Shown here one piece after another: positions 17,721 to 25,519 of a stretch of DNA of 64,000 nucleotides. Under the pieces are notes generated by a model, which searched no databases, was not told the DNA's origin, and saw nothing but the letters and a program-made list of their open reading frames with translations. Positions within the stretch are counted from its first letter, which is position 1; each line of letters starts with the position of its first letter. The translations under genes and the position numbers were made by a program. Source of the DNA: Gemmatimonadota bacterium (GTDB taxonomy: Bacteria > Gemmatimonadota > Gemmatimonadetes > Gemmatimonadales > GWC2-71-9); assembly GCA_016794805.1 (NCBI GenBank), contig JAEUJI010000033.1, positions 4,769 through 68,768 on the forward strand, read 5' to 3'.

Positions 17721-17790
17721 GACGAGAAACGGGAAACGGAGGCCGCGTGCGGCGTACCGTTCCCCGTTTCCCCGCTTTCCCGTTTCCCGC
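17721..17790. repeat. tandem-repeat palindrome built from GAAACGG/CCGTTTC units (terminator-like)
   Basis: GAAACGG x2 (17726-17739) faces CCGTTCC, CCGTTTC and CCGTTTC (17757-17786). It lies between the TPR gene stop and the M16 gene start. Confidence 0.85.
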
Positions 17791-17792
17791 CG

Positions 17793-18911
17793 TTACGGAA
17801 TGATCCGCAACATGCCGGCCCGCACGCTGCCGCGCATGAAGGCCTCCGCGTCCGTGGTAGGGATGACCACCCCCGTCTCCGCGGCGCCGTGGCGGGCCAT
17901 GTCCTCCATGAACTCGGCGAGCGGCGCATCCACCCACTCGTGGTCCGCGTTCTTCATCTGGTCCAGGATCTCCTCCCACGTGCCGCGGAAGGTGCGGCCG
18001 GAGAGGGTGGCCACCGTGTGGGTCCCCACCGGCTGCGGGCGCTTCTGCATCGCGGCCAGCTCGGTGAGCAGGGTGCCGAACAGCTCCAGCTGGGTGGGAT
18101 CGCGCGTGGTGCCGTCGGCCTGCAGCGCCTCGACCTCCGCCAGCATCGTGTCCAGCGGGTCCGGCTCACCGGAGACTTCCAGCAGCCGGGCATGCCAGGG
18201 GCGGAGTTCGGCGTCGTCCTCCCGGAGGCGGAACAGCGTCTTCTTGAGCTCCACGTAGCGCCAGATGCCCAGTTCGTCGAAGTGATCCTCGGGGAGGGTC
18301 TGGTGCAGGTGGTGCATCGCGGCCTCGGACTCGCCACGATCGTAGAGCATGTTGGCCAGGTAGATCCGGGCCTCGCTGTATTGCGGGTCGATCTGCAACG
18401 CCCGGCGCAGCCAATAGAGGGCGCCGCTGTCGTCGTTGAGCCGGTGACAGGCGTACCCGACGCAGGCGGCGGCCTCGGGGCAGTCGGTCTGGGCGTTGAC
18501 CGCGTACTCGAAGAACCGCTGGGCCGCGGCCAGCATCCCCTCCCGGAAGAGGGCGCGGCCGATCTGCAGCATCAGCTCGTGGTCTTCGCGGAATCCGAGC
18601 GCGAGGATGCGATCGAACGAGGCCAGCGCCGGCGGCCGCTGCCCCAGCTTGAGCAGGACCTCCCCGTAGCCCGCGAGGGTATCCTCGTGATCCGCGTCCA
18701 GCGCGAGGGCCTTCTCGAAGCTCTGCCGCGCCCAGGCGTAGTCCTCCCGCGCGAGGAAGGCATAGGCCAGCCCCACGTGGAGTTCCACGGCGTTGGGATA
18801 AAGCTGGAGACCTTCGCGGAGATGTTCGAGTGCTTCGTCGAAGCGGCCTTCGTTGTACAGCTGGTGCGCGTGTTCGTCGTAATCGTCGGAGCTGAGGAAC
18901 CGGTCCGGCAT
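17793..18911 (-). CDS. TPR-repeat protein
   Basis: Repeated A..Y/F..AL..DP TPR pattern (e.g. EARIYLANMLYDRGESEAA); 372 aa from ATG 18911. The remainder of the 914-aa track ORF is antisense to the decarboxylase gene. Confidence 0.8.
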   Translation of the reverse strand: MPDRFLSSDDYDEHAHQLYNEGRFDEALEHLREGLQLYPNAVELHVGLAYAFLAREDYAWARQSFEKALALDADHEDTLAGYGEVLLKLGQRPPALASFDRILALGFREDHELMLQIGRALFREGMLAAAQRFFEYAVNAQTDCPEAAACVGYACHRLNDDSGALYWLRRALQIDPQYSEARIYLANMLYDRGESEAAMHHLHQTLPEDHFDELGIWRYVELKKTLFRLREDDAELRPWHARLLEVSGEPDPLDTMLAEVEALQADGTTRDPTQLELFGTLLTELAAMQKRPQPVGTHTVATLSGRTFRGTWEEILDQMKNADHEWVDAPLAEFMEDMARHGAAETGVVIPTTDAEAFMRGSVRAGMLRIIP

Positions 18912-19049
18912 CAAAGAGGACCTCCGGCGGTGAGTACCTGAAAAGCTATGATTACCCCCGCGCCACCACAAGAGCGCCGGCGGCCACCGCATGCAGGCGG
19001 CGCGGCCGCACCCGTGGACCGCGGCGGCCCGTTGTAGATTGGTGGACTC

Positions 19050-20507
19050 ATGCCCGATCGTGATCCGCTGCTCGATGCCTTGGATGCCGACGCCACCCGG
19101 GAGGCCGGGGCCCGGTTTCTCGATCTCGTGGCGCGCTACCTCGAGACGACCGGGCGCGGGGATGGGCCGGTGTCCACCGCGCAGTCGCCCCAGGACATCG
19201 CCGCGCGCTTCGACGGCCCCCTCCCGGCCGGCGGCGCGCCGCTGGACATGGTCCTGTCCCGGCTCGAGCGCCAGGTGCTCGACGGCGTCACCCGCCTGGT
19301 GCACCCCATGTACATGGGACACCAGGTCTCCGCCCCGCTCCCCGCCACCATCTGGACCGAAGCGGTCATCAGCGCGGTGAACGGCTCCACCGCCGTGCGT
19401 GAGATGTCCCCCACCGCCAACGCGATCGAGCACCAGCTGGTGCGCTGGTTCGGCACCCTGGCCGGGTACGGGCCGGGCTGCGGCGGCACCCTCACCAGCG
19501 GCGGCACCGAGGCCACCTTCACCGGCCTGCTCGCCGCCCGTGCGGCGGCCCTCCCCGACGCCTGGGAGCAGGGGGTGGGCGCCGATCCGCCGGTGGTAGT
19601 CTATGGCGAGCAGGCACACTACGCCGTCACCCGCGCCATCGCCGAGCTGGGACTCGGGCTCCGGGCCGGCATCGCCATTCCGGCGCGGGACCACCGGCTC
19701 GACGTCGGGATCCTCACCGCCACCCTGGACCGGCTGGGGCGGGAGGGCCGCGCCGTGATGGCGGTGGTGGCAACGGCGGGCTCGACGCCGGTGGGCGCGT
19801 TCGACGACCTCGAGGCCATCGGCGCCCTCTGCGCGGCCCGCGGTCTCTGGCTTCACGTCGATGGCGCCCACGGCGCCTCGGCCCTCCTCTCCGCGAAGCA
19901 CCGGCACCGGGTGGCGGGCATCGGACAGGCCCGGACCATCGCCTGGGATCCGCACAAGATGATGCTGCTCCCGCTCGCCGCCGGGCTGGTGCTCGCCCGG
20001 GAGGAGCGGGACCTCGACCAGGCCTTCGCCCAGCGGGCGCCGTACCTGTTCCACGGCCAGGCGGGGGAGCGGATCTGGGACCAGGGGGTGCGGAGCTTCC
20101 AGTGTTCCCGCCGCGCCGACGCCATCAAGATCTGGGTGGCCCTCGAGCGCTACGGCGCGGACGGCATCGGCCGCCTCTACGACCGGCTGTGCGACACCAC
20201 CCTGCTGCTGCACCAGAAGCTCGGGGAGCGGCCGGACTTCGTCACGCTGCACCTTCCGGAGTCCAACATCCTCTGCTTCCGGTACGTGGGGGACGGCCAC
20301 GCCACCCCGGAGTCGCTGGACCAGCTCAATTTCGCCCTGCGGCAGCGCTACAACGCCTCGGGCGAGGGGTGGATCACCACCACCCTGCTCGGGGGCCGCC
20401 GCGTGCTCCGCACTACCATCATGAACCCCCGCACCGGGCCGGAGCACCTCGACCGGCTGCTCGCGGGGCTGGCCCGCACCGCCCGGGAGCTGGCCGCGGG
20501 CGCCTGA
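19050..20507 (+). CDS. PLP-dependent group II decarboxylase
   Basis: HPMYMGH, TSGGTEA, HVDGAHG, and DPHKMM (PLP lysine). Confidence 0.85.
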   Translation: MPDRDPLLDALDADATREAGARFLDLVARYLETTGRGDGPVSTAQSPQDIAARFDGPLPAGGAPLDMVLSRLERQVLDGVTRLVHPMYMGHQVSAPLPATIWTEAVISAVNGSTAVREMSPTANAIEHQLVRWFGTLAGYGPGCGGTLTSGGTEATFTGLLAARAAALPDAWEQGVGADPPVVVYGEQAHYAVTRAIAELGLGLRAGIAIPARDHRLDVGILTATLDRLGREGRAVMAVVATAGSTPVGAFDDLEAIGALCAARGLWLHVDGAHGASALLSAKHRHRVAGIGQARTIAWDPHKMMLLPLAAGLVLAREERDLDQAFAQRAPYLFHGQAGERIWDQGVRSFQCSRRADAIKIWVALERYGADGIGRLYDRLCDTTLLLHQKLGERPDFVTLHLPESNILCFRYVGDGHATPESLDQLNFALRQRYNASGEGWITTTLLGGRRVLRTTIMNPRTGPEHLDRLLAGLARTARELAAGA

Positions 20508-20563
20508 TCGGCGGCGGCGCGGTTCCCTTGCCACCACCCCGGGCGGGCCGCTAATTCCCCGCC

Positions 20564-22093
20564 ATGACCTTCCAGCGAAAGCTCCTGCTCGGCGTCTCGC
20601 TGATGGTGCTCCCGGCGCTCCTCATTGGAGTGCAGGCGATCCGCGGCAACGCGCTGGAACGCCGCGCCATCGAGGCCCTGGGCGAGCGCCTGGGCCGGAG
20701 CCGCACCTACGCCGAGCTCGAGACCGCGATGTTCAACCAGACCGAGGTGGTCTGGCGCTACCTCACCGGACTCGACCCCGGGGCGCGGAAGGAGTACCAG
20801 CTTGCCGGCGAGGTGGTGCGGTACTGGTTCGATCGCTGGAAGTCCGAGCTCGGTCCCGAGGAAGCCAGCCTCGCGGAGCCGGTGTGGGCGCTGCAGCAGC
20901 AGTTCGAGACGGTGAGCGACAGCGTCTTCGCGCTGGTGGACCGGGGGGAGCGCCCGCGCGCCTACCGCGCCGCCCAGCTGGAGATCCGCAGCCGGCTGCA
21001 GCCGGCCCTGACCGCGCTTAACCGTCAGGTCTATCGCCGCACCCGCGAATCGAGCGTGTCCGGCGCCTTCACCCGGGTCACGGAGATCGTGCGCACCGAG
21101 CAGCGGAGCCTCATCGCGATCTTCCTGGCGTCGGTCATCGCCGGGCTGGTGTCGGCCTGGCTGCTGGCCCGGAGCCTGGCCCGTCCGATCCGGGAGCTGC
21201 AATCGGCGATGGCCATCGTGGCGGCGGGGGACCTGGAGCACCCGGTGGAGGCGCGGTCCCGCGACGAGATCGGCGATCTCGCGCGGGCCTTCTCCCGGAT
21301 GACCGCGAGCCTGCGCGACTCCCGCAGCGACCAGGACCGGCTCACGGCGGAGCTCGAGGCCAAGGTGGACCAGCTCCAGCGGGCCCAGGCGCGGCTGGTG
21401 CAGTCGGAGAAGCTGGCGTCCATTGGCGAGATGTCGGCCGCCGTGGCCCATGGCCTCCGGAATCCGCTGGCGAGCCTCCGCGCCTCGGCCCAACTGGTGA
21501 TGCGGCACCCCGGGTCCCCGGCGGCGCCGGAGCAGCTGGCGGCGATCATCGAAGAAGTGGACCGGCTGGACCGGCGCATCAGCCACCTGCTCACCTTTTC
21601 CAGGCCGGTGCCGTTCCAGCCCCTGCCTCAGTCCCTGCCCGCGCTGGTGCGACAGGTGCTGCCGGCGTTCCTGGAGCGGGGGCGCGGCGCCGGCATCACG
21701 CTCGACCTGTCCCTGCCGGACGACCTTCCCGAACTCCAGGTGGACGGAGCGAGAGTGGAGCAGACCCTGGTGGAAGTGCTGTCGAACGCCTTTGATGCGA
21801 TGCCTGGCGGGGGGCGGGTCCGCATCGCCGCGGCGCCGGCCCCCGGGGGCGACGGCCAGGCGGGGATCCGCCTGACCGTGGCCGATACCGGCCGCGGCAT
21901 CGCCCCCGAGGTGCTGCCCCACGTGGGGCAGCCGTTCTTCACCACCCGGCCCGAGGGCACCGGCCTCGGCGTGGCCACTGCGCGGCGCTTCGTGGAACAG
22001 CACGGCGGCACGCTGCAGATCCGGAGCGAAGCGCAGGCCGGGACCACCGTCCACCTGTGGCTCCCGCTCACGCCTGCCGGAGTCGTGGCATGA
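20564..22093 (+). CDS. sensor histidine kinase (periplasmic sensor, HAMP, HisKA, HATPase)
   Basis: Two TM segments, HAMP (ARPIRELQSAM), H-box SAAVAHGLRNPL, and DTGRGI/GTGLG boxes. Confidence 0.9.
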   Translation: MTFQRKLLLGVSLMVLPALLIGVQAIRGNALERRAIEALGERLGRSRTYAELETAMFNQTEVVWRYLTGLDPGARKEYQLAGEVVRYWFDRWKSELGPEEASLAEPVWALQQQFETVSDSVFALVDRGERPRAYRAAQLEIRSRLQPALTALNRQVYRRTRESSVSGAFTRVTEIVRTEQRSLIAIFLASVIAGLVSAWLLARSLARPIRELQSAMAIVAAGDLEHPVEARSRDEIGDLARAFSRMTASLRDSRSDQDRLTAELEAKVDQLQRAQARLVQSEKLASIGEMSAAVAHGLRNPLASLRASAQLVMRHPGSPAAPEQLAAIIEEVDRLDRRISHLLTFSRPVPFQPLPQSLPALVRQVLPAFLERGRGAGITLDLSLPDDLPELQVDGARVEQTLVEVLSNAFDAMPGGGRVRIAAAPAPGGDGQAGIRLTVADTGRGIAPEVLPHVGQPFFTTRPEGTGLGVATARRFVEQHGGTLQIRSEAQAGTTVHLWLPLTPAGVVA

Positions 22094-23505
22094 GCACCGG
22101 CACCGTGCTGGTGGTGGACGACGAGCGCACCCTCGCCCGCGCCATCAAGGCCTTCCTCGAGGCCTCGGGCTACGAGGCCACGGTGGCCGACGACGCCGAG
22201 GCCGCGCTGCCGCTGCTCGGCTCGCTCCGGCCGGACGTGGTGTTCACCGACGTACGGCTGCCGGGGATGGACGGGATCGAACTGCTCCGCAGGATCCGCG
22301 AGTTCGATCCGGGCATCCCGGTCGTCGTCATGACCGCGCACGGCTCCATCCAGGGCGCGGTGGAGGCGGTGAAGCTGGGCGCGTTCGACTACCTCAAGAA
22401 GCCGCTCGATCTCGAGGAGCTGAAGCTCCTCGCCGACCGGGCCCGGGAAACCAGCGCCCTCCGGCAGGAGCTCTCCTATTATCGCCAGCAGGCGCTCCGC
22501 GACCAGCCCTTCAGCGACGTGGTGGGGCAGTCCGCCGCCATGCGCGCGGTGCTGGAGCAGGCTCGCCAGATCGCCGCGCTGCAGGACACCCCGCCGGTGC
22601 TCATCACCGGGGAGACCGGCACCGGGAAGGGGCTGGTGGCGCGCACCATCCACGCCTCCGGCCCCCGCGCCGAGAGGCCATTCATCGAAGTGAACTGCAC
22701 CGCCCTCCCGGCCACCCTGATGGAGGCGGAGCTGTTCGGCCACGAGCGCGGCGCCTTCACCGACGCCAAGGAATCCAAGCTCGGCCTGTTCGAGGCAGCC
22801 GAAGGAGGGTTCCTCTTCCTGGATGAAATCGGCGACGTGGAGCTGGCGCTGCAGGGAAAGCTGCTCAAGGCCATCGAGGACCGGGTGGTGCGCCGGGTGG
22901 GTGGGGTCCGGGACCGGAAGATCGACGTGCGCATCCTCGCCGCGACCAACCGGGACCTGGCCCACGAGTCGGAACGGGAGCGGTTCCGCCGCGACCTCTA
23001 CTTCCGGCTCGCGGTGATCATCCTGCACCTCCCCCCGCTCCGCGAGCGCGGCGACGACGTCTATCTCCTCGCCGAGTTCTACCTGCGCCGCTTCTCGACC
23101 AAGTACGGCAAGCCGGTTCGCCGGCTGGACCCGGCGGCTCGGGACCTGCTCCGTGTCTATCCCTGGCCCGGTAACGTGCGGGAGCTGTCCCACGTGATCG
23201 AACGGGCGGTGCTCTGGAGCAAGGGAGCGGAACTCACCCCGGAACACCTCTCCCTGACGATGCCGGGGGGCGCGGCCCCTCGCCGGAGCTCACCCGACGC
23301 CCTCGGCCCGGAACTGCCCGTCGCGGGCGAGCCGCCGAGCCGCCGAGCCGCCGAGCCGGCGCTGACCCTCGACCAGATGGAACGCTCCGCGCTGGAGGAG
23401 GCACTCCGGGAAGCCGGGGGCAACCAGACCCGGGCGGCGCAGCGGCTCGGCATCTCCCGCGACACCCTCCGCTACCGCCTGAAGAAGCACGGTCTGAGTG
23501 GGTGA
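22090..23505 (+). CDS. sigma-54-dependent response regulator (NtrC family bEBP)
   Basis: REC domain (FTDVRLPGMDG), AAA+ GETGTGKG, GAFTDA loop, and Fis-type HTH QRLGISRDTLRYRLKK. ATGA overlap with the kinase gene. Confidence 0.92.
   Translation: MSTGTVLVVDDERTLARAIKAFLEASGYEATVADDAEAALPLLGSLRPDVVFTDVRLPGMDGIELLRRIREFDPGIPVVVMTAHGSIQGAVEAVKLGAFDYLKKPLDLEELKLLADRARETSALRQELSYYRQQALRDQPFSDVVGQSAAMRAVLEQARQIAALQDTPPVLITGETGTGKGLVARTIHASGPRAERPFIEVNCTALPATLMEAELFGHERGAFTDAKESKLGLFEAAEGGFLFLDEIGDVELALQGKLLKAIEDRVVRRVGGVRDRKIDVRILAATNRDLAHESERERFRRDLYFRLAVIILHLPPLRERGDDVYLLAEFYLRRFSTKYGKPVRRLDPAARDLLRVYPWPGNVRELSHVIERAVLWSKGAELTPEHLSLTMPGGAAPRRSSPDALGPELPVAGEPPSRRAAEPALTLDQMERSALEEALREAGGNQTRAAQRLGISRDTLRYRLKKHGLSG
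23329..23360 (+). repeat. octanucleotide tandem repeat (GAGCCGCC)x3 plus GAGCCGGC inside the bEBP coding sequence
   Basis: Read directly from the sequence. It encodes EPPSRRAAEPA in the linker between the AAA+ and HTH domains. Confidence 0.95.
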
Positions 23506-23514
23506 AAACACCCA

Positions 23515-23534
23515 ACTGGGGCCCTTGACCCAGT
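23515..23534 (+). promoter_or_regulatory. dyad ACTGGG-N8-CCCAGT, candidate enhancer (UAS)
   Basis: Perfect 6-bp inverted repeat about 100 bp upstream of the -24/-12 box. The half-site ACTGGG recurs at 23673-23678. Confidence 0.35.
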
Positions 23535-23621
23535 ATGCCCCTGGCGATGGGCAGCGCGGGATCGAACCATAAGTATTTCTTGAACAATGACTTATGAAGC
23601 TGGCCCCCGTATCGGCGATTC

Positions 23622-23637
23622 CGGCACGGCCTCTGCG
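23622..23637 (+). promoter_or_regulatory. candidate sigma-54 promoter of the pqq operon
   Basis: cGGCACG-GCCT-CTGCg against TGGCACG-N4-TTGCW. It lies 86 nt upstream of the pqqA ATG. The AT-rich IR CATAAGT-N15-ACTTATG (23568-23596) lies between it and the dyad. Confidence 0.45.
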
Positions 23638-23722
23638 TTCTTACGGGCGACGTCAGGGATTCCCTCGCCTTGACTGGGTGATCCCACCCAAGTGTTCCAA
23701 CCGCCTCTCACTGGAGTCTTCG

Positions 23723-23797
23723 ATGACCTGGACCAAGCCCGAAGCCGAAGTCGTCGCCGTGACCATGGAAGTCACCGCGTACGTCGCGACCCTGTAA
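23723..23797 (+). CDS. pqqA: PQQ precursor peptide PqqA (24 aa)
   Basis: MTWTKPEAEVVAVTMEVTAYVATL has the W-x-K-P start and the E-x-x-x-Y crosslink motif (EVTAY). GGAG lies 8 nt upstream and pqqB follows. It is hidden in the last 24 codons of the 67-aa track ORF. Confidence 0.85.
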   Translation: MTWTKPEAEVVAVTMEVTAYVATL

Positions 23798-23851
23798 GGC
23801 GCGACGCACCGAACGGGGCTCGCGAATCTCGCGGGCCCCGTTTGCGTTTTC

Positions 23852-24760
23852 ATGGACGTCATCCTGCTCGGCACCGCGGCCGGCGGCGGCTTCCCCCAGT
23901 GGAACTGCTGGTGCCCCTCCTGCCGCGTGGCCCGCGCCGAGCCGGCGCGGGCCCACCCCCGCACCCAGTCGTCGGTGGCGATCTCGGCGGACGGGGCTCG
24001 CTGGTTCCTCCTCAACGCCTCACCCGACGTCCGGGAGCAGCTCCTCCGGCTGGAGGGGCCGCCGGCCGGCGCGGTGCGCCACGTGCCGGTGGAGGGGATC
24101 GTCCCGACCGATGCCGAGCTGGACCACACGATGGGCATCGCGCTGCTGCGGGAGGGGCGGTTGCTGCAGCTCTATGCCACGCGGGCGGTGCTCGAGGTGC
24201 TCAACCACGATTCGCGGATCGTGCCGGTGACCTTCGCCTTTGCCCGGGTGGCGCAGCACGAACTGGCCCTCGAGGCCCCGCGCATGCTGCAGTACCACGA
24301 CGGCACCGACACCGGGCTGGTGCTGACGCCCTTTGTGGTGGCGGGAGATCCCCCCCGCTTCGCCCGGCGGGACCTGCCGGGACACACGGTGGGCGTCCTG
24401 GTGGAGGACCGGCGTACCGGCGGGGTGCTGGCCTTCGTGCCCGGGTGCGGCGCGCTGGACGGCGCGCTCCTTGACCGGCTGGCGCGGGCGGATCTGCTGC
24501 TCTTCGACGGGACCTTCTGGACCGATGAGGAGATGATCGCCCTCGGCCTCTCGGAACGCACCGCGCGGCAGATGGACCACCTGCCGGTGAGCGGGGCCGA
24601 CGGCAGCCTCGAGCGGCTGCGCCGGCTTCCCTGCCGGGAGAAGCTCTACACCCACATCAACAATTCGAACCCGATGCTGATCGAGGACTCCCCCGAACGC
24701 GGCGCGGTGCTCGCCGCCGGCATGCGGGTGGGTGACGACGGCATGCGGTTCCGGATCTGA
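23852..24760 (+). CDS. pqqB: PQQ biosynthesis protein B
   Basis: LGTAAGGGFPQWNCWCPSCR...RTQSS...LNASPD are PqqB hallmarks. Confidence 0.92.
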   Translation: MDVILLGTAAGGGFPQWNCWCPSCRVARAEPARAHPRTQSSVAISADGARWFLLNASPDVREQLLRLEGPPAGAVRHVPVEGIVPTDAELDHTMGIALLREGRLLQLYATRAVLEVLNHDSRIVPVTFAFARVAQHELALEAPRMLQYHDGTDTGLVLTPFVVAGDPPRFARRDLPGHTVGVLVEDRRTGGVLAFVPGCGALDGALLDRLARADLLLFDGTFWTDEEMIALGLSERTARQMDHLPVSGADGSLERLRRLPCREKLYTHINNSNPMLIEDSPERGAVLAAGMRVGDDGMRFRI

Positions 24761-24769
24761 GCCGACCCG

Positions 24770-25519
24770 ATGCCCTCAGCCCTTCGCGCGTCCGAACTGG
24801 CCACCCCGCCCCGGGCCCCGCTGCCCGACCTGAGCCGCCCGCTGACCCCGGACGAACTCGAGGCGGCGCTCCGGAGCTTTCACGGCTCCTACTACGTGGA
24901 GCACCCGTTCCACCGGCAGATGTACGAGGGCACCCTCACGCGGCGGCAGTTCCAGGGGTGGGTGGCCAACCGGCTGGCGTACCAGCGCGTGGTGCCGCGC
25001 AAGGACGGCGCGATCCTCTCCAACTGCCCCGACCCCGACGTCCGCCGGGAGTGGCTGCAGCGGATCGTGGATCACGACGGCACCCGCCCCGGGGAGGGCG
25101 GCATTGAACTCTGGATCCGGCTGGGGGTGGCGCTGGGCGTGCCGCGGGAGGAGATGGAGGACGAGCGTCACGTGCTCCCCGCCGTCCGCACCATCTGCGA
25201 GTCCTATGTCTGGTTCTGCAAGTCGAAGCCCTGGGTCCAGGCCTGCGCCAGCTCGCTCACCGAGCTGTTCGCGCCCCGGATCCACCAGCAGCGCCTGGAA
25301 TCGTTCCCCCGGCACTACCCGTGGATCCCGCCGGAGGCCATGGACTACTTCAAGAGCCGGCTGGTCCAGGCGCCGCGGGACGTGAAGCACGGCCTGGCCA
25401 TCGTGCAGCGGCACTGCACCACCGTCGAGAGCCAGCGCATGGCCTTCGAGGCGCTGCAGTTCAAGCTGGAGATGCTCTGGTCGCTCATCGACGTGATTCA
25501 TCATGCCTATCGCGACTGA
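24770..25519 (+). CDS. pqqC: pyrroloquinoline-quinone synthase
   Basis: HPFHRQMYEGTLTRRQFQGWVANRLAYQ...LQRIVDHDG. Confidence 0.92.
   Translation: MPSALRASELATPPRAPLPDLSRPLTPDELEAALRSFHGSYYVEHPFHRQMYEGTLTRRQFQGWVANRLAYQRVVPRKDGAILSNCPDPDVRREWLQRIVDHDGTRPGEGGIELWIRLGVALGVPREEMEDERHVLPAVRTICESYVWFCKSKPWVQACASSLTELFAPRIHQQRLESFPRHYPWIPPEAMDYFKSRLVQAPRDVKHGLAIVQRHCTTVESQRMAFEALQFKLEMLWSLIDVIHHAYRD

Noticed and set aside
19035-19052. TAGATT -10-like hexamer 9 nt before ATG 19050, suggesting a leaderless decarboxylase mRNA.
   Set aside because: There is no convincing -35 element at proper spacing, and a single hexamer is insufficient. This is left as an untested idea.
23594-23722. N-terminal 43 codons of the 67-aa track ORF preceding pqqA.
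   Set aside because: The composition is non-coding-like, the segment overlaps the predicted -24/-12 promoter, and the PqqA family is only 20-30 aa. Only the last 24 codons are called.
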